Part shown: one piece after another, positions 15,623 through 22,261 of the stretch
Position numbering within the stretch: position 1 is the stretch's first letter
Layout of the letters: the number at the start of each line of letters is the position of its first letter
Origin: a virus
Taxonomy: Duplodnaviria; Caudoviricetes
Length of the DNA: 24,144 nt
Reading direction: 5' to 3' (one strand)
Virus record (IMG/VR): IMGVR_UViG_3300037424_003015
Location: 1-24,144 of that record
The notes under the pieces: generated by a model
Seen by the model: the letters and a program-made list of their open reading frames with translations, nothing else
What the model was told of the DNA's origin: nothing
Database searches by the model: none
Made by a program: the position numbers and the translations under genes

Positions 15623-16129
15623 TCAGACACCCGAAGGCCCGAACAGCGCGAGCGCGGCGAGGATGAGCCCGACGACGCCCGGAAGCCCGAGGAAGACGGC
15701 GATGAACCGCCAGACAGCCACGGAGCCCTCTGCGCGGATGCGGGCGTTGCGCTCGACCTCGATCTCGTTGCTGAGGCCGGACGCGAGGGTTTCGAGCTTG
15801 CCGTTGACCCCGTCGATGGCGACCCGGTGCGTCTGCTTGACCTGGTCGATCGACTGTTCCAGGCGACCGCCGAGCGCGGTGAAGGCAGCCTCGCGGCGAG
15901 AGTCGTTCTCCTTGACGAAGGCGTCGAACAGCTCGCGGGGGACGGTCCGGGCCTGAGCCTCGACGGCGGCGGCGTGAGCGTGGTTGAGCTCTGAGAGGCG
16001 ACGCTGCATCTCGGTCTTGAACTCGATGAAGTCATCGGCCAGGAACCGCTCGGACTGCTCCCGGAGGCCGCGTTCACCTTCGATCCGCTCCGACAGCAGT
16101 TCGAGCGTGAGTCCGCCATGCTCCGGCAC
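15623..16129 (-). CDS. Coiled-coil protein with C-terminal TM anchor, lysis-associated, 168 aa
   Basis: Helical charged body, hydrophobic C-terminus 'VWRFIAVFLGLPGVVGLILAALALF'; GGAAGG upstream of GTG. Confidence 0.75.
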   Translation of the reverse strand: MPEHGGLTLELLSERIEGERGLREQSERFLADDFIEFKTEMQRRLSELNHAHAAAVEAQARTVPRELFDAFVKENDSRREAAFTALGGRLEQSIDQVKQTHRVAIDGVNGKLETLASGLSNEIEVERNARIRAEGSVAVWRFIAVFLGLPGVVGLILAALALFGPSGV

Positions 16130-16185
16130 TCAAGGCGCCCTTCCGGGTACGGCGTCATGGGCGCGTACCTCGGAGAAAGGAGAAT

Positions 16186-16228
16186 CCCCGACGGCCGCCG
16201 CGAGGGGGGATTCGGACGGCCGCCGGGG
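16186..16228 (-). terminator. Stem-loop, probable intrinsic terminator/attenuator ahead of the lysis genes
   Basis: Minus strand CCCCGGCGGCCGTC...GGCGGCCGTCGGGG (two G-U pairs), followed by ATTCTCCTTTCT. Confidence 0.6.
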
Positions 16229-16250
16229 TGCGCCTAGACACTGGCGCGAG

Positions 16251-16709
16251 TTATAGACGTGCATTCAGGCCGCCCGCATTCGCGGCCGGTACTTCTGACG
16301 GTGTGCAGCCTGCTCGCCGAGGATGGCACTCGGCACACCGCGTGCCGGTCCAGTACGGCTTGGCCGTCACGTCGACCGGATGGCCCTCTGAGCAGATTGG
16401 CAGAACGCGCGGACCGGGCTTGTGCCCCTTCAGGTCCCGATCTCGGGAGTTGTCCTTTGGGGTCCCGAGGAAGAGGTGCGCCGGGTTTACGCAGGGGGGG
16501 TTATCGCAGGTATGGCAGACATAGAGCCCATCGGGGATCTCACGACCATTCGCAAGGCGCCATGCCTGACGATGGGTGTTGCCCTGTCGTCCGGGGGAGA
16601 CGGTGCAACGGCCGTAGCCGTTCCGGTACGTATCGCCAAGCCATGCCCAGCAACCCGAAGGACCGGCAGAACGGTCAACCCTGACCCAGAAGTCGGCAGG
16701 CGCCTGCAC
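16251..16709 (-). CDS. HNH homing endonuclease, 152 aa
   Basis: 'FWVRVDRS...CWAW.G....GYG', 'THRQAW', '[27 protein letters not shown]', 'CSEGH...CAEC'. Confidence 0.92.
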   Translation of the reverse strand: MQAPADFWVRVDRSAGPSGCWAWLGDTYRNGYGRCTVSPGRQGNTHRQAWRLANGREIPDGLYVCHTCDNPPCVNPAHLFLGTPKDNSRDRDLKGHKPGPRVLPICSEGHPVDVTAKPYWTGTRCAECHPRRAGCTPSEVPAANAGGLNARL

Positions 16710-16715
16710 CCTCTG

Positions 16716-16744
16716 AGAGTAGCTGCGAGCGGACCCCGTGCCTA
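16716..16744 (-). promoter_or_regulatory. Candidate sigma70-type promoter for a leaderless HNH transcript
   Basis: TAGGCA (16744-16739), 17 bp spacer, TACTCT (16721-16716), then 6 nt to the GTG at 16709. Confidence 0.4.
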
Positions 16745-16775
16745 CTCGGACGATGTTTCTAGGTGAACGGGCGTG

Positions 16776-16991
16776 CTAGCGACCCCTGTCGCGGAGGACG
16801 GTAGGGACAAACGTCCAAATCGATACGCGATCCCCGGCCCGTTGAGCGAAGCACGAGGGGCAAACGATGACTCCCTCAGCACGGGGGTTTTCGACCGTCC
16901 CCATAACCTCGTTCCACAGGTCATTCGGTGCATGCCAGACGGGGTTTGCCCGGCCGCAATCCCGACACGTCGCCTCAGTGAACCCAGCCAT
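16776..16991 (-). CDS. Small CxxC...CxxC protein, 71 aa
   Basis: ATG at 16991 one base after upstream TAG; 'CRDCG..NPVW....DLWNEV...IVCPSCF'. Confidence 0.65.
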   Translation of the reverse strand: MAGFTEATCRDCGRANPVWHAPNDLWNEVMGTVENPRAEGVIVCPSCFAQRAGDRVSIWTFVPTVLRDRGR

Positions 16992-16992
16992 C

Positions 16993-17298
16993 CTAGAGGG
17001 CCGGTCGGCGCTCACAGCGTGGGCAGCGCGATAGGCCCATGCCCTCGCCCCGGATGTCTAGCCAATGTCGCCCGGTCGTCGTATTCGGCCGGACCGTGAG
17101 GCCACAGGCCGTCAGGCTGTTGCCTTCCCTGACGCCACCGATCCGGTGCCAGTAACGCATAGTCGGGGTCCAGCCCATCGGGCCGTTGCCTCGCGTGATC
17201 CAGCGGCCAATGGCCCACGCTTCGGCCGGGGCGCCGACCATCTTCGCCCGTCGTCCACGCCCACACTCGGGGCAGTAGTCGTCAGCCATCCCAGCCAT
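16993..17298 (-). CDS. Cys-containing hypothetical protein, about 101 aa (alternative start 17289)
   Basis: 'CPEC', 'YWH...TACG...RCPRC'; fills the gap between neighbours. Confidence 0.6.
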   Translation of the reverse strand: MAGMADDYCPECGRGRRAKMVGAPAEAWAIGRWITRGNGPMGWTPTMRYWHRIGGVREGNSLTACGLTVRPNTTTGRHWLDIRGEGMGLSRCPRCERRPAL

Positions 17299-17299
17299 C

Positions 17300-17521
17300 C
17301 TACGCCACCCTCCCGAAGATGATGAGCACCGCCTGGACCGACGACGTCACTCCCAGACGTCGGCGGACCTCCACGAGGTTGCAGCGGACCGTCGGCAGGG
17401 CGATGCCGAGCTCGTGGGCCGTTTCCTTGTACGAGCCGGTCAATGCGTAGACGTAGAGGACTTGACGCTGGCGGTCGGTGATTCCCGCGCGGTGCTCGAC
17501 ACCGCGACGGGGGGTGGTCAT
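17300..17521 (-). CDS. Stand-alone LuxR/GerE-type HTH regulator, 73 aa
   Basis: ATG at 17521 (TGATG overlap); 'ITDRQRQVL....TGSYKETAHELGIALPTVRCNL..VRRRLGV.S.VQAV'. Confidence 0.85.
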   Translation of the reverse strand: MTTPRRGVEHRAGITDRQRQVLYVYALTGSYKETAHELGIALPTVRCNLVEVRRRLGVTSSVQAVLIIFGRVA

Positions 17522-18048
17522 CACGCTGGTTCCAGTTTCCCGGGAGGCGGCTCGGGCTTTCGTCGGACCATCCATCGGGAGTCGAAGCGGGCGTATAGGC
17601 CGTAGCACGGCCGACAGTCCTGCGGCATCGTCATTCCGCCTTGGAGGCGCGCGCCGCCGTCCGTGTCCACGAACTCACGCGGCGCCACGAACCCGTCCGC
17701 CATCGTCGTCCAGTAACGCGCCTTGTGGTCCGGGTTCGCGCCGATATGGCGGTCGCGTGACCGCTCCCAAGTCTCCCGCCGGTTGGTGTTGTATTCCGTG
17801 TTTAGTTTGTGGAGTTGCTCGGCCTCGTATTGCCAGCGTCTCCACGTCCGGGCTAAGTGCAGCAGGACCTCGAACAAGTCCAACCGCTCCTCGCCACAGT
17901 CACGGCACCCGACCGTCCTCAAAACTTCATCGAGCATGGTGTGCTCGTGCTGGCATGACAAGTAGTCGCGCGGCTTCCAATCGACTGGCGGGGCCTCAGT
18001 GAACCGCGTCTCGATCGCGATGACGTTGTCAGGCGTCTCCCCGTTCAC
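17521..18048 (-). CDS. Zinc-binding hypothetical protein, 175 aa
   Basis: GTG at 18048 (GTGA overlap); 'CQH....LDE..RTV.CRDCG...DLFEVL..LA', later 'CRPC'. Confidence 0.7.
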   Translation of the reverse strand: MNGETPDNVIAIETRFTEAPPVDWKPRDYLSCQHEHTMLDEVLRTVGCRDCGEERLDLFEVLLHLARTWRRWQYEAEQLHKLNTEYNTNRRETWERSRDRHIGANPDHKARYWTTMADGFVAPREFVDTDGGARLQGGMTMPQDCRPCYGLYARFDSRWMVRRKPEPPPGKLEPA

Positions 18049-18254
18049 TCCACAGCCCTCAGCCACGCCCACACCGGCCGCATCGCCCAGGAGAAGCCGA
18101 TCCCCAACACGAAGGCCAACCCGCCGTGAACGGTGCCCATGAAGACGGCGATACCGGACGCTCCGAGGAAGGCGACGAGGGTCACGATGGCCTGCTCGCC
18201 CTTGGAGAGGCGCTGGTAGCGGCGGTAGCGGGCGTGGATGCGAGGAACGGTCAC
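18045..18254 (-). CDS. Small 2-TM membrane protein, 69 aa
   Basis: GTG at 18254 (GTGA overlap); two hydrophobic segments. Confidence 0.65.
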   Translation of the reverse strand: MTVPRIHARYRRYQRLSKGEQAIVTLVAFLGASGIAVFMGTVHGGLAFVLGIGFSWAMRPVWAWLRAVE

Positions 18255-18475
18255 GACTCGTCCCAATCGATGTCCGTCGCGCGGATGTCATCGGGCGCGT
18301 GGTACACCGCGAGCGCGTCGTCGTCAGTCCAACCAGCGGCGGCGGCCTTGGCCCATTCCTCGACGTGGCGCTCGGCGGCGCGGCGCGTTCGGAAGTAGCA
18401 CGGGTGCTCATCGTCGAAGGGCGAGGGGTCGCGGTCCCGATACGTCACCATCCAGAGCCGGCCGCCGGACCTCAC
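18251..18475 (-). CDS. Hypothetical protein, 74 aa
   Basis: GTG at 18475 (GTGA overlap) with GAGGGG RBS; 'YFRTRRAAERH'. Confidence 0.65.
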   Translation of the reverse strand: MRSGGRLWMVTYRDRDPSPFDDEHPCYFRTRRAAERHVEEWAKAAAAGWTDDDALAVYHAPDDIRATDIDWDES

Positions 18476-18777
18476 GTCGTCCCCTCTCGGGGTTCTCCCG
18501 GTGTCTCGGCCAGAGCGGCGCGAAGGTCGTTCGCCGCCCTCATGCCCCGAAGCGGCAGGACGAATGGCTCTGCCTGAGCCTCCGCAAAGATCACATCGAC
18601 AAGACGCTGCGCCGCCTCTCGGAGTCCGGGGGCGGCTGGGGGTGGGACGGAGCGTTCCGACAAGAGCGCGTCCACGACATCGAGGGCGAGGCGCGTGTCG
18701 CACGGCCAACCCGCCCCATCCGCGACGCACACTCGCGGCTGGCCGCTGGATACGACGTGCTTCTCAGCGAGTCTCAT
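18472..18777 (-). CDS. Modular hypothetical protein carrying repeats B and A, 101 aa
   Basis: Coupled on both sides; contains PPAAPGLR and AALAETPGEP. Confidence 0.7.
   Translation of the reverse strand: MRLAEKHVVSSGQPRVCVADGAGWPCDTRLALDVVDALLSERSVPPPAAPGLREAAQRLVDVIFAEAQAEPFVLPLRGMRAANDLRAALAETPGEPREGTT
18494..18520. repeat. Repeat A copy 1 (27 bp)
   Basis: TCTCCCGGTGTCTCGGCCAGAGCGGCG, identical to 19182-19208. Confidence 0.95.
18620..18644. repeat. Repeat B copy 1 (25 bp)
   Basis: CGGAGTCCGGGGGCGGCTGGGGGTG, identical to 18943-18967. Confidence 0.95.
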
Positions 18778-19163
18778 CGTTCCTTCCCAGGCTCCGGCCC
18801 TCCCTCCAACTTCCCCGGAGGAGGCCCGGCGAGCTTCAGCGCCTGCCGGAGCAGATAACGCGCCTCCATGGCGTACTGATCGCCGCCGGACTGGTCGAGG
18901 ATCACGGCCGCCTCAGCGATGACGGACAGCAACTCGACGGGCCGGAGTCCGGGGGCGGCTGGGGGTGAGGCCGCTTCGTCCTCGCGCTGCAGGTCCTGGC
19001 CGATCAGGAGCAGTCGCTCGTCTGCGCCCCACGTATCCGGTCGCTGGCAACGGCAGTCGATGGTCCGGCTCCCGCAGCCATCGCAGACCATGAGGAGCGC
19101 CCACAGCACCTCGGCCCGGTCGTAGTAGCCGTTCCCGGCGATGATGTTCGCAACAGTGGTCAT
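18774..19163 (-). CDS. Modular hypothetical protein carrying repeat B and PPPGKLE, 129 aa
   Basis: AAGGAG RBS, ATGA overlaps; 'CDGC...DCRC'. Confidence 0.7.
   Translation of the reverse strand: MTTVANIIAGNGYYDRAEVLWALLMVCDGCGSRTIDCRCQRPDTWGADERLLLIGQDLQREDEAASPPAAPGLRPVELLSVIAEAAVILDQSGGDQYAMEARYLLRQALKLAGPPPGKLEGGPEPGKER
18943..18967. repeat. Repeat B copy 2 (25 bp)
   Basis: Identical to 18620-18644. Confidence 0.95.
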
Positions 19164-19420
19164 CGGTTCTCTCCTTGGGGCTCTCCCGGTGTCTCGGCCA
19201 GAGCGGCGGTGTGCTGTTGCCGTCGGTGGCGACCAAGATCGTCGTTGACCCCGCCGTCATCCCAGCCCCGCCACGCTGGATGATCGTTACAGGCGAGGCG
19301 GCGAGGCCGCCGGTCATAGCCTCGAAGGCCGAGGCTGCCGCAATGAGGGCACGTCACAAGACCACTCGGAAGAACGAACGGCATGGCCCCGCAATCGGGG
19401 CAGTACCAGCCGCCGCTCAT
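19160..19420 (-). CDS. Zinc-ribbon protein ending in repeat A, 86 aa
   Basis: 'CPDCG...CPHCGS'; GGAGAG upstream; C-terminal AALAETPGEP. Confidence 0.7.
   Translation of the reverse strand: MSGGWYCPDCGAMPFVLPSGLVTCPHCGSLGLRGYDRRPRRLACNDHPAWRGWDDGGVNDDLGRHRRQQHTAALAETPGEPQGENR
19182..19208. repeat. Repeat A copy 2 (27 bp)
   Basis: Identical to 18494-18520. Confidence 0.95.
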
Positions 19421-19646
19421 TCCTTCTCTCCGAGAGCCTGACGTGCCAGCCCCATCCAGTGATCCACAACCCCCTGTCGCTTGTCAGGGTTGGTCTTCCA
19501 GTAGATGCTGTCCTCCCACCGCTCCGGCCACGAGGATACGCAATCTCGCGGGGTGCCCATGAGAAGTCGGACGGCGAGCCGTGAACGTCGTTCAGGATCG
19601 TTTCGAGCAGTTCCGCCAGCCTGTCTCGGGCTACGGGGTCGGTCAT
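19417..19646 (-). pseudogene. Possibly frameshifted small gene
   Basis: Coupled ATG at 19646 (MTDPVARDRLAELLETIL...) and coupled TGA at 19417 (...HWMGLARQALGEKE) are in different frames; the span is 230 nt. Confidence 0.45.
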
Positions 19647-19972
19647 CGTTCGGCCGGCAGCGTCGTCGTGATGCGGTGCCATGTCAGCTCCCTCGTTCGG
19701 TAGGTCGCGGCGGCGAGGTCGGGGTCCCGGCCCTCGAGGACGGCGAGGTGGCGCTCCTGGACGAGATCGAGGCGGAGCTCGTCCTCCCAGAAGGCGATGC
19801 GGATACCGTGGCCGGGGAGGGGTTCGAGCCTCGGGATAGCCCTCGACGGACGACGCCACGATCCCCGGACGGGCCTGCGGGTCGCTCGGTCCAAGGCGGC
19901 TCGACGTTCCCGCTCCCGGTATTCGGGATGCGTCGCACGCCAAGCTCGCCAGTAGCCGGGGTCACGACGCAC
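19643..19972 (-). CDS. Hypothetical basic protein, 109 aa
   Basis: 'YWRAWRATHPEYRERERR' helix; stop overlaps next ATG. Confidence 0.6.
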   Translation of the reverse strand: MRRDPGYWRAWRATHPEYRERERRAALDRATRRPVRGSWRRPSRAIPRLEPLPGHGIRIAFWEDELRLDLVQERHLAVLEGRDPDLAAATYRTRELTWHRITTTLPAER

Positions 19973-20267
19973 GTCCGACGCGCTCGAGGTAGGCCAGGAG
20001 GAGCGGGCGGGCCTCGCGACCGTGCTCCGTCTTCCAGCGGTGATGAGATCCGCAGAGGGCCACGAGGTTGTCCGGCTCCGTCCGGGACTTCATGCCGGTG
20101 CCGTGAGAAGCGCGAACGTGGTCCGGCTCAAGGCCGCCGGCACAGTCACCCGGTAGGCGACCGAACCCTACGCAGCCGCCGTCCCTCTCGAAGACGTCGA
20201 GCTTCATTCGAGGCGGGATGACCGTGCCTCGGGACTGCTTCATCTGGGTGTACCGGCGGAGGGTCAC
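19962..20267 (-). CDS. HNH endonuclease, 101 aa
   Basis: 'VFERDGGC...DC.G.LEPDHV.....NLVALCGSHHRWKTEH'. Confidence 0.88.
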   Translation of the reverse strand: MTLRRYTQMKQSRGTVIPPRMKLDVFERDGGCVGFGRLPGDCAGGLEPDHVRASHGTGMKSRTEPDNLVALCGSHHRWKTEHGREARPLLLAYLERVGRAS

Positions 20268-20998
20268 AGCCGTCCCTCGCTCTTGGCGTAGAGCTGTTGA
20301 GCGAGCTCGTATTCGACCGAGCCCTTGCGGAACCCCCGCCGCTGCTCTCGCCGGCGTTCCTTCGCCTCGGCCTCGGCCTTCTCGGCGTCGACCTTCGCCC
20401 CGTTGCGGAACTCCTCGAGGTCCGCGATGAGGGCCCCGAGCGGGTCGGTCGGGTTGGCAAGGAAAACCCGCGACGCCCGCTCGGGTCCCGTCTCATCGAA
20501 GACCCGGAGGTAGGCGAGGATGACGTCGCGCTGCCGGACGGTCGGCATCCGCATCTTCACCGACAGCCACGACCGGAGCCAGGGCGGCGTTTCCTCTCCC
20601 TCCCCCGGACCTCCGTCTTCTCCTAGCGTTAGCGTTGGCGTAGACGACGCGCGCGCAGACGTATTGGTACGGTCATGTGACGTTGCGGTTACGGTGATGT
20701 CACGGTTCCTAGACCGGAGCCGAGCCATCCTGTCCCGGACAGTCAGGTCGCCTTCCTGCCACTCGTCCCAGCCGTCGACGTAGACCGTGCCATCGGTGAG
20801 GGTCACGACGTCGGCTCGCTCGAGGAGCCCTGCGACGGTGCGCTTCCCCAGGAGCCGGGTGAGAGCGCCGATGTCCTTGAACCGCCCGCGCGTTGACTGT
20901 CGCGCGGCGGCGCACATGAGCCGGACCATCGCCAGCGGGTCGGGGTGCTGGTCGATGTTCGGGTCCATGCGGAGGTAGGCGCGGGGGAGTCCTGGCAT
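20264..20998 (-). CDS. Probable phage replication initiator (lambda O / replisome-organiser-like architecture), 244 aa
   Basis: ATG at 20998 (TGATG overlap); N-domain ending 'VDGWDEWQ....RDRMARLR', Thr/Ser linker holding DNA repeats, helical C-domain. Confidence 0.65.
   Translation of the reverse strand: MPGLPRAYLRMDPNIDQHPDPLAMVRLMCAAARQSTRGRFKDIGALTRLLGKRTVAGLLERADVVTLTDGTVYVDGWDEWQEGDLTVRDRMARLRSRNRDITVTATSHDRTNTSARASSTPTLTLGEDGGPGEGEETPPWLRSWLSVKMRMPTVRQRDVILAYLRVFDETGPERASRVFLANPTDPLGALIADLEEFRNGAKVDAEKAEAEAKERRREQRRGFRKGSVEYELAQQLYAKSEGRL
20668..20704. repeat. Iteron-like direct repeat pair (candidate origin)
   Basis: TACGGTCATGTGACG (20668-20682) and TACGGTGATGTCACG (20690-20704), 13/15 identical, 22 bp apart. 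Confidence 0.55.
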
Positions 20999-21348
20999 CA
21001 GGCCGCCCGCCTCCGAGCCCGGTACTCGCGCATGTAGGCGGCGATCCGCTCCCGGTTCGCAGCTCGCCAGCGGTTCGTCGCGGCCAGCCGATCCTCGCGC
21101 TCGCAGCGGTACTTGACCCGCCGGGCTTCCTTGACGCCCTCGGCCCATGCCTCGTCTCCGCGCTTCCCCCGCTGCCAGGCCGTCTGGTAGGCCCGGAGAC
21201 ACGCCTTGCAGCGAGCCATGCCATGCGAGGGTGTCCAGTGGTCCAGGTCGAGCGGCAGCCATTCTCCGCACGTCCGACACCGCGCCTCGAAGATCGGGGC
21301 TCGATAGCGGATGTCCGTGTGCCGCCGGTTCGCGTACATCGTCGTCAC
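20998..21348 (-). CDS. Zinc-finger plus basic helix protein, 116 aa
   Basis: 'RCRTCGEWLPL...CKAC' then 'WRAANRERIAAYMREYR'; resembles the N-terminal part of phage HNH/endoVII proteins but has no nuclease motif. Confidence 0.7.
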   Translation of the reverse strand: MTTMYANRRHTDIRYRAPIFEARCRTCGEWLPLDLDHWTPSHGMARCKACLRAYQTAWQRGKRGDEAWAEGVKEARRVKYRCEREDRLAATNRWRAANRERIAAYMREYRARRRAA

Positions 21349-21551
21349 AGCGAGAGGGCGATCTGCGCGGGCTCGACCACGCGATACCGGGCCGGCCTAC
21401 CCGACGCCTCGATGACGTGACCCGCTGCCCGGAGGTCGCTGATCCGCGCCCGGGGGTTCGACACGAAGGGGTACAGGCCGTAGGTCAGGTCGAGCATGGT
21501 GCAGTCGGGGTGTGAGCGGATGTAGTCGAGGACCCGTTCGACTTGGGTCAT
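21345..21551 (-). CDS. Small winged-helix DNA-binding protein, 68 aa
   Basis: 'TQVERVLDYI...ARISDLRAAGHVIE...ARYRV'. Confidence 0.75.
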   Translation of the reverse strand: MTQVERVLDYIRSHPDCTMLDLTYGLYPFVSNPRARISDLRAAGHVIEASGRPARYRVVEPAQIALSL

Positions 21552-22261
21552 GGCTGCACCCGAACCTTGCGTAGCCTGATGAGACTTACGAGTGAATCGC
21601 TCACGCCATATCGCTTGGCTACGTCCACGCCCTTTTCCCCAGCCGCTAGCCGGGCTCGAATCTCGGCGGTCTGCACGTCAGTGAGCTTTGAATTACTGCT
21701 CGCTTCCCCATATCGAGGAGTGCGCTTCCGACCTCGCCAAAAGTCGCCGATCTTCTTGCCTCGTTTGGCCGCTATCTCTGGATCAGACGCGGCCTTTTCT
21801 GCGTACCGCGCGGCGAGGAAGCGGCCCTTTTCGGCCCGCTCCTCGGGTGACCGACTCGCCCACCACTCGCGACTCCTCAGGGCATTCAGTTGGCGGGTAA
21901 GGTCGTTCGGCGTCGCCCGCGGTCGCCGCACGCCGTTTGGTCCCGTCCGCTTCACCTTGGCGAGGGTCGCCGCCTCCGAGTAGCGCACCATGAGATCGGG
22001 CGTTTGGGCTATCCGGCGATGGTTCGACTCTGTGATCCGACGAGAGACGGGACGAGCCCACAGGGCAGTCGTGACGAACAACCGAAAGCGGTCCCGATAC
22101 TCGGACGCCCGCAGGCCATGCATGGCCCAAACGTGGGTTTGCAGGTTGAGATAGTCGCGTCCGCAGAGATGACAGACGAGGCGATCTCCGACCATCAGAA
22201 AGGCCCCGAACTCGCCAAATGGCGGGCGGTCGTAGTCATAAGGCGGATGCAGCCAAGTCAC
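21548..22261 (-). CDS. MucR/Ros-like zinc finger fused to a C-terminal HTH, 237 aa
   Basis: 'LVCHLCGRDYLNLQTHV..MHGL...EYRDRFRL'; C-terminal 'GE....SKLT..Q..EIR..L..GEKGVDVAKRYGVS..LVSLI'. Confidence 0.75.
   Translation of the reverse strand: MTWLHPPYDYDRPPFGEFGAFLMVGDRLVCHLCGRDYLNLQTHVWAMHGLRASEYRDRFRLFVTTALWARPVSRRITESNHRRIAQTPDLMVRYSEAATLAKVKRTGPNGVRRPRATPNDLTRQLNALRSREWWASRSPEERAEKGRFLAARYAEKAASDPEIAAKRGKKIGDFWRGRKRTPRYGEASSNSKLTDVQTAEIRARLAAGEKGVDVAKRYGVSDSLVSLIRLRKVRVQP

Noticed and set aside
16249-16256. TATAAC as a late-promoter -10 element
   Set aside because: Lacks the conserved final T, no convincing -35, and coincides with the HNH stop codon
18494-19208. Repeats A/B as a CRISPR array or DGR template/variable pair
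   Set aside because: Only two copies each, hundreds of bp apart and in coding frame; no adenine-specific mismatches, cas gene or reverse transcriptase
19684-19965. 93-aa ORF with GTGA overlap to the HNH stop
   Set aside because: Ser/Pro/Arg low-complexity translation; the overlapping 19643-19972 frame is more protein-like and coupled downstream
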